From contig CAVSEC010000006.1 of the NCBI GenBank assembly GCA_963726955.1, positions 350,601 to 414,600 on the forward strand: a stretch of 64,000 nt of DNA. Direction: 5' to 3'. Each line of letters starts with the position of its first letter. Within the stretch, counting starts at the first letter, position 1. The notes beneath the pieces were generated by a model. It did no database searches, was not told the DNA's origin, and worked only from the letters and a program-made list of their open reading frames with translations. Made by a program: the position numbers and the translations under genes. Below, in pieces: positions 41,469 to 53,953 of the stretch. The DNA is from an uncultured Gemmatimonadales bacterium (GTDB lineage: Bacteria > Gemmatimonadota > Gemmatimonadetes > Gemmatimonadales > GWC2-71-9).

Positions 41469-42316
41469 ATGTTGCGCCTGACAACCGCCGGCACCCTGCT
41501 GCTGGCCCTCGCCTGCGCCGTCCCCCTCGCCGCCCAGAACTACTCCGGCACCTACCTGCTCCAGACGCCGAGCGGGGGCACCGTCACACTCACCCTGCGG
41601 CAGGACGGCGCGGGCCGTGCGGCCGGCACGATGAGCGGGAACGGCGCGTCGTTCCAGCTCACCGGGCAGTTGCAGTCGAGCGAACTGGTCGGCCAGGCCG
41701 TCGGGGGGGGCAACACGGTCTGGTTCGAGGCGAGTCTCGACGGCACCGAACTCCATCTGGTGCTCGCCGACGTCGGCGCCAACGGCCAGCCGGATCTCGC
41801 CCAGGCCAAGGAGATCGTCTTCACCCGCTCCGGCAGCGCGCAGGCCGCTCCGCCCCGCCGGCCGGAGGGGCACGCCTAACGCTCCGCCCCCACCGGCCCG
41901 CGCGCCCATCGCGGCCGCGCCCCCCGCCCCGCAGGCGTACCACCCAGGACGCCCAGCTCCGCAATTTCCTGACCGCCTCGGCGTGGTGCACCTTCACGTA
42001 CAGCCAGACCAGCGGCAGCACGAGCACCAGCCGGAACGTCTTCCAGCCCAACGGCATGCTGCTCATCGGCACCAATCAGGAAGGGGGCACGGTCAACCAG
42101 AACGGCGGCGGCAGCGTCGATCTCGGCGGCGGCGCCTCCGGGAGCTACTACGGACAGAGTCAGGGCGGGCAGCAGGCCCGGTGGCAGGTCCAGGGCGGAC
42201 AGCTGTATGTGGATCTGGGCCAGGGAATGCAGGCGGTGCCGATGCAGATCAGCCGCAATTCCAGCGGGAATCCGATCGTCACCTCGGGCGGGAAGGAGTA
42301 TTACCAGTGCCAGTAG
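41469..42316 (+). pseudogene. Secreted protein of unknown function, one frame break between about 41850 and 41940
   Basis: ORF 41469..41879 has a signal peptide (MLRLTTAGTLLLALACAVPLAAQ). A coding-looking continuation (DAQLRNFLTASAWCTFTYSQ...GKEYYQCQ) lies in the frame of ORF 41393..42316. Joining the two is my inference. Confidence 0.4.
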
Positions 42317-42337
42317 GCGTGATGGCGCCCAGGCGGA

Positions 42338-44177
42338 TTGCAGCTCCTGGTCCCACCTGCCGATACTCGGGACCATGAGATCTCCCTACAGGACCGCCTG
42401 CTGCCCGCCCTGAAGCAACTCGGTTCGTCCCGCTGGTTCATCGCTGCAATCGTCGCCATCGGCGCAGGCGGTGTGCTGTCGTACCTGAACGCCCGGTCGC
42501 TGAACCATGCCCAGGATCAGCTGAACCTCACGGTGGAGGTGCTGGATGAACTCAGCGCGACCTTCACCGCAGTGCAGGACGTCGCACTCGGTGCGCGCGG
42601 CTTCGCCCTGACCGGCGATGATCGCTTCCTGCGCCCGTACGACCGCGCCCTCGGCGCAGCCGACGATCATCTGCTGCAGCTGGCACCGCATGGTCGCCGC
42701 CGAGCCCGATCAGCGCAATCGCCTGGTGCGGCTGCGCACTGCGGTGGCCGATCGGTTCCGTTCGGCGGAGGAATCGGTCCGGCTCCGCCGGGCCCAGGGA
42801 CCGGGGTTCGCCATCAGCCCGACCGTCGTTGCTGAAGGGGAGAGCCGGATGGAGGAGGTCCGTGCGACGATCGCCGAGATGCGGGAGGTCGAGTCCGCCC
42901 AACGGGTGCTCCGCACCGCCACAGTCAGAGCGCAGGCGACCACCGTGCTCATCACCCTGATCCTCATCTGTCTGCTCGCCGTCGGGATCGTGGCCAGCGC
43001 GGCGGTCTGGGTCGGTCGTGATCGGGGCGAACGGCTCAAGGCGGAGCAGGCCGCCGCCTCCGCGCATGCACTGCTGAGCGATTCGCTCGCCAACGTCGAG
43101 GCGCATACCCTCGAGCTGACTCTGGTGAACGAGACCAGCGAGATGCTCCGGCTCTGCCTCACCCAGGCTGAAGCGTACCACGCCATTCAGCGGGTCATGG
43201 AACGGCTCTGCCCCGGCGCCTCCGGGACACTCAGCATCATCTCCAGTCCACGCGATCAGGTGGACCAGACAACCCCGTTGGCGCAGGTAGTTCAGGCGGC
43301 CCAGGCGACCGTGCTCAATCAGGTGGCCGGCTGGGGACCGGGGGAGTCGCTGCCGGAGCGCTTCGCACCGCGGGAGTGCTGCGGACTCCGGAGCGGCCGG
43401 GTGTTCGAGCGGTCCCTCGCCGGTCTCCAGGTGTGCGAGCACATCGGCACGCCGGCACCCGAAGGTTCGATCTGTGTCCCCCTCACCGCGCAGGGGGAAA
43501 CCATCGGCCTGCTCAACCTCAGGCGGCATGAACCGGACGGGCAGGCCCGGCTCGCGGCCCGGCGCCTGATGATTGTGACGCTAGCCGAGCACTTCTCCCT
43601 GGCCGTGGCCAATCTCCGGACCCAGCAGAATCTGCATGAGCTGTCCCTGCGGGATCCGCTCACGGGAGCCTACAATCGTCGCCACCTCAGCGAGGTGTTC
43701 GAGCGCGAGCTGTCGAGGGCGCGCCGCCAGCAGCAGCCGGTCGGCGTGCTGATGCTGGATGTGGACCACTTCAAGCAGTTCAACGACACCCATGGTCACG
43801 AGACCGGCGACGAGGTCCTGCGCCTGGTCGCGAGGAGCATCCTCACCACGATTCGCGGTGAGGATGTGCTCTGCCGCTATGGCGGCGAAGAGTTCGCCCT
43901 GATCCTCCCCGGCGCGCCGATCGAGGCGGTGCTCTCCCGCGCCGAATCCATTCGCGACAATGTCCGCCAGCAGTCGGCGATGTTCCACGGTGGCCGCGCG
44001 GGCCAGGTCACTCTGTCCATCGGCATCGCGATGTTCCCCACCGACTCCATGCAGCAGGCCCAGCTGCTGGCACACGCCGACCAGGCGCTGTACCAGGCCA
44101 AGCACAATGGCCGGGACCGGGTGGAACAGTTCCAGTCTGGCCAGCGCCCGCTCAACACGCTCGTCGCGGTCGCCTGA
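42338..44177 (+). pseudogene. CHASE3-TM-GAF-GGDEF diguanylate cyclase, one frame break near 42685
   Basis: The CHASE3-like N-terminus (VLSYLNARSLNHAQDQLNLTVEVLDEL...RGFALTGDDRFLRPY) is in ORF 42338..42835. The rest is in ORF 42618..44177: a TM helix, a GAF-like region and a GGDEF domain with an RGED I-site 5 residues before GGEEF. The start codon is uncertain. Confidence 0.8.
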
Positions 44178-44253
44178 ACGATCGGGCCAAGGCCTTCCGG
44201 GGCACCACGGAGCCCGGCTAGACTACCCGCTCCCTCGAGACCAGGGCCGCGCC

Positions 44254-44679
44254 GTGTCCATCCCGATTGCCGTCTTCTCCGATGACTGGGCCATGGCCTG
44301 CGCCGAACTGCTCAACCGCAATGCCGCCTATCGTGCGGCCGCGGCGACGTGGGAAGGGGCGATCCTCCTGCTCATGACGCCTGACAGTGCGGGCGGCGAG
44401 GAGCGCCGGGTCTACCTCGATCTCTGGCATGGGGAGTGCCGTTTGGCGCGGGCGGCGAGCGCTGCGGACGAGGCCGAGGCCCGCTACATCCTCTCGGGCA
44501 CGGAGGCGTCATGGAGACTGGTGCTGACCGGCCGCGTCGGCCCGCTGGTCGCGATCATGACCGGCAGGCTCCGTCTGGCCAAGGGGTCGCTGGTAGAGCT
44601 GGTGCCGTACACGGCCGCGGCGAAGGAGCTGGTCACCGCCGCCGCCGCCATCGAAGCGACCTTCCCCGCCGCAGACTGA
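44254..44679 (+). CDS. SCP2 (sterol-carrier-like) domain protein
   Basis: GTG at 44254 inside ORF 43960..44679. VFSDDWAMACAELLNRNAAYRAAA...GRLRLAKGSLVELVPYTAAAKELV resembles SCP2-type lipid-binding domains. Confidence 0.55.
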   Translation: MSIPIAVFSDDWAMACAELLNRNAAYRAAAATWEGAILLLMTPDSAGGEERRVYLDLWHGECRLARAASAADEAEARYILSGTEASWRLVLTGRVGPLVAIMTGRLRLAKGSLVELVPYTAAAKELVTAAAAIEATFPAAD

Positions 44680-44757
44680 CGCGCCTCTCCCCGCTTCCTG
44701 ACCTCCGGAACACGCGTCGCCCCTCAAGCCCTGCCTGCCGCCGCCGACAGTACAGAG

Positions 44758-46479
44758 ATGGACTCTCCGCTGTTCCACGCCTCGCCTCGGGGGCGCCGCC
44801 TTGCGTTTCTGGGAGCGACGGTCGCCGTGCTTGCCGCGCTCTTCAGTCTCGAGCGGTCGCTCGCCGCGAGCGCGGCGTTTGCCACGGTCTCATTCCCCCG
44901 GCTGGTCGCCGAGGAATGCGCCCGGTGGGCGCTCTGGCTCGCCCTGCTGCCCTGGCTGGCTCGGCTGGGCCGGACGGCGCGCCAACCCCGGTATCAGTCC
45001 GCCGCCGTCGCGCTGGTGCATGTGCTGGCGGCGCTGGGCTTCGCCCTGCTGCACCTCAGCGCGCTCAGCCTGATGGCCCACGCCGCGGTGTCCCCTGACG
45101 TCGCCGCGCCTCCGATGCCGTCGCTGCTGCAGCACATCGCCGCAAACCTGCTGCGGAGTCTGCTGGAGTTTCTGGGTATCGCCGGCATCTATCACAGTAC
45201 GGAGCACATCGCGGAGCTGAAGGTCGCGGAGGAGGCGCTGCGGCGGAGTCAGGAGCAGCTCATCCAGTCGCAGAAGATGGAGGCGGTGGGTCGGCTGGCC
45301 GGCGGGGTGGCGCACGACTTCAACAACCTGCTGACCGTCATCGGCAACTACACGGCATTGGTCCTCGAGGACATGCCGGAGGACGACCGGCGCCGCACCG
45401 ACCTCGAGGAGGTGCACAAGGCGAGCGAGCGCGCCGCCGGGCTGACGCGACAGCTCCTCGCCTTCAGCCGGCGCCAGATGATGCAGCCCCGCGCCATCGA
45501 CCTCACGGCGGTCGTGAGCGATATGCTGGGGATGCTCCGCCGTCTGATCGGCGAGAACATCACGCTGGTGTCCCCGGTGCGGCCCGGCATCGGGCTGGCG
45601 CTGGCGGACCCGGTGCAGGTGGAGCAGATCCTGCTCAATCTGGTGGTCAACGCGCGGGACGCGATCTCCCACCAGGGGATCATCACCATCGAGGCCGGCA
45701 ATGCCGACCTGGACGAGGAATTCGCCCGGTTGCACGCGGGCGCCCGGTCGGGCTCCTACGTGATGCTCGCGGTGACCGACACCGGCTGCGGCATGGACCG
45801 GGAGACCCAGCGACAGGTCTTCGAGCCGTTCTTCACCACCAAGGAGTTAGGCAAGGGGACCGGACTCGGCCTCTCGACCGTCTACGGTATCGTGAAGCAG
45901 AGTGGCGGCTACATCTCGGTCTACAGCGAACCGGGGAGGGGGAGCGTCTTTCGCGTGTACCTGCCTCGGGCCGGCATGGAGCAGCCGACCCCACTCGTCC
46001 CGGAGCGTACCGTCGCCCCTGCCGCGACCGGGACCGGCACCATCCTGCTTGTGGAAGACGAACTGAATGTGCGGGAGCTGGTACGGAAAGTCCTGCTCCG
46101 CCAGGGCTATCAGGTTCTCGCCGCCGAGCATGGGCAGGACGCACTGGAGGTCGTGGCGCGTCACCAGGGTCCCATCCACCTGGTGCTGACGGACGTCATC
46201 ATGCCGTACCTCTCCGGCCCGGAGCTGGTGGAACGGATTCGATCGCACCAGCCCATGATCCGCGTCATCTACATGTCGGGCTACACCGACCAGGTGCTGG
46301 TCCAGCGCGATGCCCTGGGACCCGAGGCGACCCTTCTCCCCAAGCCGTTCGCGACCCGCGAGCTGCTCCGGACCGTGCGGGACGCGCTCGCCCCACTCCG
46401 CCTCGGCCCTGTCACACCCGAAGGCCAGACCCCAAGCTCGATCGGCCGGCCCATGGGCCGGCCGACAGCGAAGTCCTGA
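44758..46479 (+). CDS. Hybrid sensor histidine kinase (TM region, HisKA, HATPase_c, receiver)
   Basis: Intact 573-aa ORF. It has an H-box ([11 protein letters not shown]), N/G boxes ([23 protein letters not shown]) and a C-terminal receiver (ILLVEDE...LVLTDVIMP). Confidence 0.85.
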   Translation: MDSPLFHASPRGRRLAFLGATVAVLAALFSLERSLAASAAFATVSFPRLVAEECARWALWLALLPWLARLGRTARQPRYQSAAVALVHVLAALGFALLHLSALSLMAHAAVSPDVAAPPMPSLLQHIAANLLRSLLEFLGIAGIYHSTEHIAELKVAEEALRRSQEQLIQSQKMEAVGRLAGGVAHDFNNLLTVIGNYTALVLEDMPEDDRRRTDLEEVHKASERAAGLTRQLLAFSRRQMMQPRAIDLTAVVSDMLGMLRRLIGENITLVSPVRPGIGLALADPVQVEQILLNLVVNARDAISHQGIITIEAGNADLDEEFARLHAGARSGSYVMLAVTDTGCGMDRETQRQVFEPFFTTKELGKGTGLGLSTVYGIVKQSGGYISVYSEPGRGSVFRVYLPRAGMEQPTPLVPERTVAPAATGTGTILLVEDELNVRELVRKVLLRQGYQVLAAEHGQDALEVVARHQGPIHLVLTDVIMPYLSGPELVERIRSHQPMIRVIYMSGYTDQVLVQRDALGPEATLLPKPFATRELLRTVRDALAPLRLGPVTPEGQTPSSIGRPMGRPTAKS

Positions 46480-46509
46480 GCGCTGGAGCTCTCACGGACC
46501 CGACCCGCC

Positions 46510-47682
46510 TCAGGCGGCTCCAGCAGGCACCGCCGCCACCCGGGCAGTCACCCGCACCGGTCCCGGAAGCTCGAGATCGGCCCAGAAATTTTCGATGCGA
46601 CCGATCAGGCTGGCCGTCACCTCCTGCCCGCGGGCGACCAGCAGCGTACCATCCCGGGCGCGCACATCATCCACGAATACCATGCCGACCTTGACGTCCT
46701 GGAATCGGAGTTCGACGATCTCTCCTTCGGTCTCCGCCCCGACCACGGTGGCCAGATCGCTGAGCAGGGCGGGATCGTACCAGCCGGTGTGCGCATGGAG
46801 CCGATTCATGGCATCGGATGACGAATGGCCCGACGAGCGGAGCAGATCGTAGTCGAGGATCGCCCGGAGCATCCGGGCCCCGAGCGGGATGGCATCGCCG
46901 GCCAATGGCTGATCGACGTGCCCAGGCACGTAGCGAGCATTCACGTGCCGGAGAATCTCCCGGATCTCGTCGAGCCGGGGAATCTCCCCCAGGAGGCGCA
47001 GCGCCACACCGGGCAGTTCCGCGACGAGCCGGGCATCCGTGCCTGACAATTCTGCCCCAGTCGCGTAGCGCTCCGCCACCGCCGGTGGCAGCGTGACGAC
47101 CCCCACCTGGGAGAGCATGGCGGCCATCTCCATCTGCCACCGGTCGCGGAACCCGATCAGCTGCGCCAGATCCCCGATCAGCCGCCGGGCCCGCTCCGCC
47201 CGGCCAAAGGCCACCGGACTGGTGAGCGCCAGCACTTCGATCAGCGCCTGGACGCTGCCGCGCAGCGTCTGTTCCAGCAGGACCCGCTCGCCGCTGATCA
47301 ATCGATGCTGCTCGACTCCCTGAAACAGCACCGCCCGCAGGACCTCCGGTGCGCAGGGCTTGGTGAGAAACCGGAAGATCTGCCCCTCGTTGACTGCCGC
47401 CGCCGCGGAGGCGGTATCCGCATGGCCCGTGAGCACGATCCGCACCGCCTCCGGCGCCAGCTTGCGGGCGGCGGTGAGCACCGCCACACCGTTGATCGCC
47501 GGCATGCGCATGTCGCTGAGGACGACAGCAAAGGGCCGGCCGGAGTGCAGTTCAGCCACCCCGGCCGCACCACCGGTCGCGAGGACCAGCTCGAAGTCGC
47601 GGCGGAGGATTCGGGAGAACCCATCGAGCACCGCGCGGTCGTCGTCCACGCAAAGCACCAGCGGCAGCGTTTCCGTCGTCAT
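46510..47682 (-). CDS. Response regulator with degenerate HD-GYP-like output domain
   Basis: Intact 390-aa ORF with an ATGA overlap to the upstream gene. It has a receiver (LVLCVDDD...VVLSDMRMP). Where HD-GYP proteins have HHERWDGSGYP it reads LRHVNARYVPGHVDQP. The flanking IPLGARMLRAILDYDLL is retained. Confidence 0.7.
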   Translation of the reverse strand: MTTETLPLVLCVDDDRAVLDGFSRILRRDFELVLATGGAAGVAELHSGRPFAVVLSDMRMPAINGVAVLTAARKLAPEAVRIVLTGHADTASAAAAVNEGQIFRFLTKPCAPEVLRAVLFQGVEQHRLISGERVLLEQTLRGSVQALIEVLALTSPVAFGRAERARRLIGDLAQLIGFRDRWQMEMAAMLSQVGVVTLPPAVAERYATGAELSGTDARLVAELPGVALRLLGEIPRLDEIREILRHVNARYVPGHVDQPLAGDAIPLGARMLRAILDYDLLRSSGHSSSDAMNRLHAHTGWYDPALLSDLATVVGAETEGEIVELRFQDVKVGMVFVDDVRARDGTLLVARGQEVTASLIGRIENFWADLELPGPVRVTARVAAVPAGAA

Positions 47683-48869
47683 GCCTCCTCCGCGAGGGTA
47701 CCGGCGAGGTCCCTCCAGTGGTCCAGCGCTTCCGGCGACCCTGCGTCGCCCACGGCGACCGGATCCAGTCGCATCGCCTCCGCCTCGGGGCCTTCGGTGC
47801 CGCCATGCGTCAGCGCGTCCGCCAGGTGCACCGCGAGGAGTACGCGCTGGTCACCCGGTTCCGCCGCGGAAGGCGTGTGGTGATAGGCAACCGCCTCGGT
47901 GATCGAGCGCGGGAGCCCCCAGAGGCTCAGCAGATAGGCACCGACTTCGGCGTGACTGACACCGGCCCGCTCGTGCTCGACGCGGTGCAGGGGCACGCCC
48001 CGCCGCGCCGCCTCGGCCAGATCGTCCGCGAAGGTCTGGGGCAGCCGGCTCGCGAGGATCAGCTTGCCGAGATCGTGCAGCAGGCCGGCGGAAAATGCAG
48101 CTTCCGAGAGGGCGGGATCGGCGACGATGCGCTGCGCCAGTCGCCCCACCGCGATGCCGTGGGCCTGTTCCCGCTCGAGAGTGCATCCGGGCTGGCGGGC
48201 GGTGAATGCCGCCGAGAAGAGCTGCTCTGCTGTCGCGAGAGAACGGATGACGCCAGTGCCGAGGAGGATGGTCGCCTGGGCGATGCCGGTGACCTGGCGC
48301 CCATGACCGAAGAAGGAAGAGTTCACCAGCTGGAGCATCTTGGCGGACAGACCGGCGTCCTGCTCGATGAGCGCGGCGATCTGGTCGACGCTGGCACCGG
48401 TGCTGGCGAGGATGCGCCGCATCGCGAGCCACACCGCCGGGACCGTCGGCAGCCCGTCCATGTTGCCCACGATCCGCCGGAGGCCCGGGCTCCGCAGCGC
48501 ATCACGCAGCGCGAACGCCCGATTCACCACCTCGCGAACCTCGGTGACCTGGCACGGCTTGGTCAGAAACTGATGCGCGACCGGCAGCGCCCGCCGGGCC
48601 GCCTCGGCATCGGTCTGGCCAGACAGCACGATTCGGATCGTGTCGGGGTACCGCAGGGCCACCTGCTCCAGCAGAGCGGCGCCATCCATGCCGGGCATAC
48701 GCATGTCGCTGAGCACGACGTCCACCGGCGCCCGGGCCATCTCCTCCAGCGCCGCCGCGCCGCTGTTGGCCAGCAGCACCTCCCACTCCCCCCGTTCGCG
48801 ATGCAGCAGCCGACGGAATCCGTCGAGAATCTTCGCCTCGTCGTCGACGAACAGAATGCGGCGCATCAC
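47679..48869 (-). CDS. Response regulator with HDOD domain
   Basis: Intact 396-aa ORF. It has a receiver (ILFVDDE...VVLSDMRMPGMDG) and HDOD blocks (IEQDAGLSAKMLQLVNSSFFG, HDLGKLILA). The start (GTG 48869 or ATG 48866) overlaps the kinase stop. Confidence 0.8.
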   Translation of the reverse strand: MMRRILFVDDEAKILDGFRRLLHRERGEWEVLLANSGAAALEEMARAPVDVVLSDMRMPGMDGAALLEQVALRYPDTIRIVLSGQTDAEAARRALPVAHQFLTKPCQVTEVREVVNRAFALRDALRSPGLRRIVGNMDGLPTVPAVWLAMRRILASTGASVDQIAALIEQDAGLSAKMLQLVNSSFFGHGRQVTGIAQATILLGTGVIRSLATAEQLFSAAFTARQPGCTLEREQAHGIAVGRLAQRIVADPALSEAAFSAGLLHDLGKLILASRLPQTFADDLAEAARRGVPLHRVEHERAGVSHAEVGAYLLSLWGLPRSITEAVAYHHTPSAAEPGDQRVLLAVHLADALTHGGTEGPEAEAMRLDPVAVGDAGSPEALDHWRDLAGTLAEEA

Positions 48870-51070
48870 CGCTCCACCCCCAGTCGATCGTCCACATGAA
48901 GCGGCAGGCGGACGAGAAAGCTGGTCCCCTTCCCCATCTCGGTCTGGAAGGTGATGGTCCCCCGGTGCTTCCGCACCACGAAGTCGCGTGCCAGCGCCAG
49001 CCCCTGTCCCGTCCCGCGCCCGACGTCCTTGGTGGTGAAGAAGGGATCGAAGATGCGGCCCTGCACCTCGGGCGGAATGCCGGTCCCGCTGTCGTTCACC
49101 CGGATCTCCACGATATCGTCCACCAGCGCGGTCGAGACCGTGATCGTGCCCTTCTCGTCACCCCGGTCGACCACATCGCCGATGGCATGTGCCGCGTTGA
49201 CAATGAGATTCAGCACGACCTGCTGAATTTCGCCAAGCCGACAGGGCACCGGTGGAAGGTTCGGAGTCGGCGTGAACTCCAGTTCGGCGAGATACTTCCA
49301 TTCATTCCGCGAGACGGCGATGGTGTTCTCGATGGCCCGATTCAGGTCCACCAGGACCTGCTCATCGCCATCCGGATGGCTGAACTCCTTCATCGCCCGC
49401 ACGATGCTGGTCACCCGGTCGATCCCGTCCCGGGCCTGGGCGGCGGCCTTCGGCGCCTCCTCCAGGATGAACGGCCCGTCCACCAGCTTCCACGCGGCAT
49501 CGGCCACGGCGACCGGCAGCCCCGCGGCGCGGGCGGTCTCCACCACTTCCCCGTAGGCCACCACGACCTGGAGCAGGCCGTCGAACGACTCCTGCAGGAA
49601 TCGCAGATTGTCTCCCACATACTGGGTGGGAGTGTTGATCTCGTGCGCGATCCCCGCGGCCAGTTGACCGATGGCCTCGATCTTCTGCGACTGCAGCACC
49701 TGATGCTCGAGCACCCGCCGGTCGGTGACATCCATGACCGCGCCATACATCCGGCTGGCCTGCCCGTCATGATCCTGGTGGAACTGGCCTCGGCCGAGGA
49801 TCCAGTGGATCGAACCGTCGCGCCAGACGACCCGATGGGAGTGGGAATATTCCGCGCCGCTGGTCAGGGCCGTGGTCATCGCCCGCTCGACACCCTGGCG
49901 ATCCTCGGGGTGCACGCAGGCGAGAAAGGTCTCGTACCGGCCGTCGAAGCCACCCGGCGGCAGGCCAAAGATCGCCTCGTGCTGACCCAGCCAGGTGATC
50001 CGCCCGCTGACGATGTCCCAGTCCCAGACCCCGAGCTGCGCCGCCGCCATCGCCGAGCTCAGCAGCGCCTCGCTTTCACGCAGCGCCGCCAGTGTCGTGG
50101 TGCGCTCCTCCAGGAGCTTCCGATTGGCATCGAATGCGACAGCGCGTGCCAACGCGGCGGAGAGCAGTCCGCCGACCAGCAGGACGGTCTGCCTGGTCGC
50201 CTCATCAAAGAATTCGGCTCGCGCTGCGACCACCTCCAGCACCCCGAGGATCGTGGCTCCATCCCGCAGCGGGACGGCCATCATCGGCCGGCACCACGCC
50301 GACCCGCAGACGTTGAGGCCGCCAGGGTTCCCTGCCTCGGCATCGCCGCCATACTGGGAATTGCCGGTGCGAAGGCAGGTACCGACCGGGCAACCATCGC
50401 TCAGAATCCGCTGACCCAGCCGATCCACCGCGCACCCCGAGGCCGCATGACAGACGAGGCCGCCGTCCTCGGCCAGCAGAATCGCCGCCCCCTCCGCGCC
50501 CAGCAGATCGAGGGTGCGATCGACGATCTGCTGCATCGCCTCCCGGGGTTCCAGCGTCGCGGTGCCGACCGCCTGCTGCAGCTCGATGATATCGGTGAAT
50601 CGGTCTCGTTCGGTGCGCTCGAGTCCCGCCGGCCGCTTGCCCGCGGTGATATCCTTGGAGACGCCGATCAGCCCGATGATCCGCCCGTCAGCCGCATGGC
50701 ACGGGGTCTTGGTCACCAGGTGATCGGTGGTGTGTCCCGCACGGGTGACCGATTCCTGATAGACCTCCGCCCGCCCCATCGCCAGCGTGGCCCGATCGTA
50801 CGCGACCAGGCTGTCGGCCAGTTCCCGCGGGAAGATGTCGTGGTCGGTCCGTCCCAGGATCTCGTGCCGCGGCCGGCGGCAGTCCTCAGCGCCCGCCTGA
50901 TTGATGTAGAGATACCGCCCCTCGAGATCCTTCAGGAAGACGGCGTCCGGAATGGCCTCCAGGATCACCTGGCACAGCTCCGCCCCCGTCGGAAGGACGC
51001 CGGGGACCGGAATAGCCGCCTCGTGGCCCCGGCGATCACCGGCTCCGACTGCCACCAAACCTTCCTTCAT
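48866..51070 (-). CDS. PAS-GAF-PAS sensor histidine kinase
   Basis: ORF 48866..51136; I preferred the ATG at 51070 (MKEGLVAV), with low confidence. It has PAS (ILEAIPDAVFLKDLEGRYLYIN), GAF, a second PAS, an H-box (AAGIAHEINTP) and HATPase blocks (NLIVNAAHA, DSGTGIP, GTGQGLA). Confidence 0.85.
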   Translation of the reverse strand: MKEGLVAVGAGDRRGHEAAIPVPGVLPTGAELCQVILEAIPDAVFLKDLEGRYLYINQAGAEDCRRPRHEILGRTDHDIFPRELADSLVAYDRATLAMGRAEVYQESVTRAGHTTDHLVTKTPCHAADGRIIGLIGVSKDITAGKRPAGLERTERDRFTDIIELQQAVGTATLEPREAMQQIVDRTLDLLGAEGAAILLAEDGGLVCHAASGCAVDRLGQRILSDGCPVGTCLRTGNSQYGGDAEAGNPGGLNVCGSAWCRPMMAVPLRDGATILGVLEVVAARAEFFDEATRQTVLLVGGLLSAALARAVAFDANRKLLEERTTTLAALRESEALLSSAMAAAQLGVWDWDIVSGRITWLGQHEAIFGLPPGGFDGRYETFLACVHPEDRQGVERAMTTALTSGAEYSHSHRVVWRDGSIHWILGRGQFHQDHDGQASRMYGAVMDVTDRRVLEHQVLQSQKIEAIGQLAAGIAHEINTPTQYVGDNLRFLQESFDGLLQVVVAYGEVVETARAAGLPVAVADAAWKLVDGPFILEEAPKAAAQARDGIDRVTSIVRAMKEFSHPDGDEQVLVDLNRAIENTIAVSRNEWKYLAELEFTPTPNLPPVPCRLGEIQQVVLNLIVNAAHAIGDVVDRGDEKGTITVSTALVDDIVEIRVNDSGTGIPPEVQGRIFDPFFTTKDVGRGTGQGLALARDFVVRKHRGTITFQTEMGKGTSFLVRLPLHVDDRLGVER

Positions 51071-51214
51071 GGAGTCCCCCAGGCGGAGCGGACGACACGT
51101 CGCTCTCGTGGTTGAGTATCGACCGCGGGCACTCAAACCCTTATGGCGCAGGTGGAGGGCCCGGGGGTTGGGCAGGGTTCATCGGCGACGGGGCGCAGGG
51201 CACCCACACGGAGA

Positions 51215-51244
51215 ACGGGGGAGCCTCTTGCGAAGCCCCCCCGT
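51215..51244 (-). terminator. GC-rich hairpin 28-57 nt downstream of the GSIII stop
   Basis: The plus strand reads acggggg-agcctcttgcgaagcc-cccccgt, giving a 7-bp G/C stem with extra inner pairs. No U-run follows. Confidence 0.4.
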
Positions 51245-51271
51245 CCAGACCGTCTCGTGACCCCGAAGCGA

Positions 51272-53417
<2,146 letters not shown>

Positions 53418-53472
53418 CGGGGGAAGCCCTCAGGCTGAAAGGTTGCGCACGGGGGCGCGGACTGGCGGCGGG

Positions 53473-53500
53473 AAGATAATGCCCCGGGAATGGCTGTCAA
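53473..53500 (-). promoter_or_regulatory. Sigma-70-like promoter for GSIII (TTGACA-16 nt-TATCTT)
   Basis: The minus strand reads TTGACA (53495..53500), a 16-nt spacer, then TATCTT (53473..53478). It is about 55 nt upstream of the GTG at 53417 and directly after the rpsU terminator. Confidence 0.5.
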
Positions 53501-53540
53501 AAACACCAAGGGCGGGGTGGCGCATCGCGCCTCCCCGCCC
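53498..53540 (-). terminator. Rho-independent terminator of rpsU
   Basis: The minus strand reads GGGCGGGG-A-GGCGC-GAT-GCGCC-A-CCCCGCCC followed by TTGGTGTTTTT. It starts 27 nt after the rpsU stop. Confidence 0.7.
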
Positions 53541-53566
53541 TTCCCATTCCGGTCCGGCAGCCGGGA

Positions 53567-53761
53567 CTAACGGTCCCCGCGGCTCGCCTTCCGGCGCCGA
53601 CGGCGCTTGGCCTCGGCCTGCTTGAGCGCCTTGGCGACGCTCGGCTTCACGTAATAGCGACGGCGACGGACCTCCCGCAGGATTCCCGACTTCGCCAGCT
53701 TCCGCCGAAAGGCCTTGAGGGCCCAGTCCAGACGGTCATCTTCACCGAGTACAATTTCCAT
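53567..53761 (-). CDS. rpsU: 30S ribosomal protein S21
   Basis: In-frame ATG at 53761 gives 64 aa: MEIVLGEDDRLDWALKAFRRKLAKSGILREVRRRRYYVKPSVAKALKQAEAKRRRRRK. This is the S21 pattern. Confidence 0.9.
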   Translation of the reverse strand: MEIVLGEDDRLDWALKAFRRKLAKSGILREVRRRRYYVKPSVAKALKQAEAKRRRRRKASRGDR

Positions 53762-53924
53762 GGAAATCTCGCCTGCTTCTGCGTGCGGGTGACCTGCTGT
53801 CCGTCGTTCTGGATGACGACGCCAAACCCCTTGCCAAAAAAAAAGATCTCGGTTGGATCCAGATCCCTGGTAAGGACTGCTCGCCGACGCCGGCGGCCGA
53901 TACAGCCTCCATCGGCGAGCGCAA

Positions 53925-53953
53925 AAACTAGCTGGAAGGCCAACCGGTGTCAA
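53925..53953 (-). promoter_or_regulatory. Sigma-70-like promoter for rpsU (TTGACA-17 nt-TAGTTT)
   Basis: The minus strand reads TTGACA (53948..53953), a 17-nt spacer, then TAGTTT (53925..53930). This predicts a leader of about 155 nt. Confidence 0.5.

Noticed and set aside
41703-41710. G8 homopolymer inside ORF 41469..41879, considered as a slippage or phase-variation site
   Set aside because: It reads in frame as Gly-Gly-Gly within a coding-looking segment. The frame break of this gene maps about 150-230 nt further downstream.
46480-46517. Inverted repeat GCTGGAGC...GCTCCAGC between the convergent kinase and response-regulator genes, considered as a terminator
   Set aside because: The loop is about 27 nt, the right arm lies inside the coding sequence of the minus-strand gene, and there is no U-run. 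Support is too weak.
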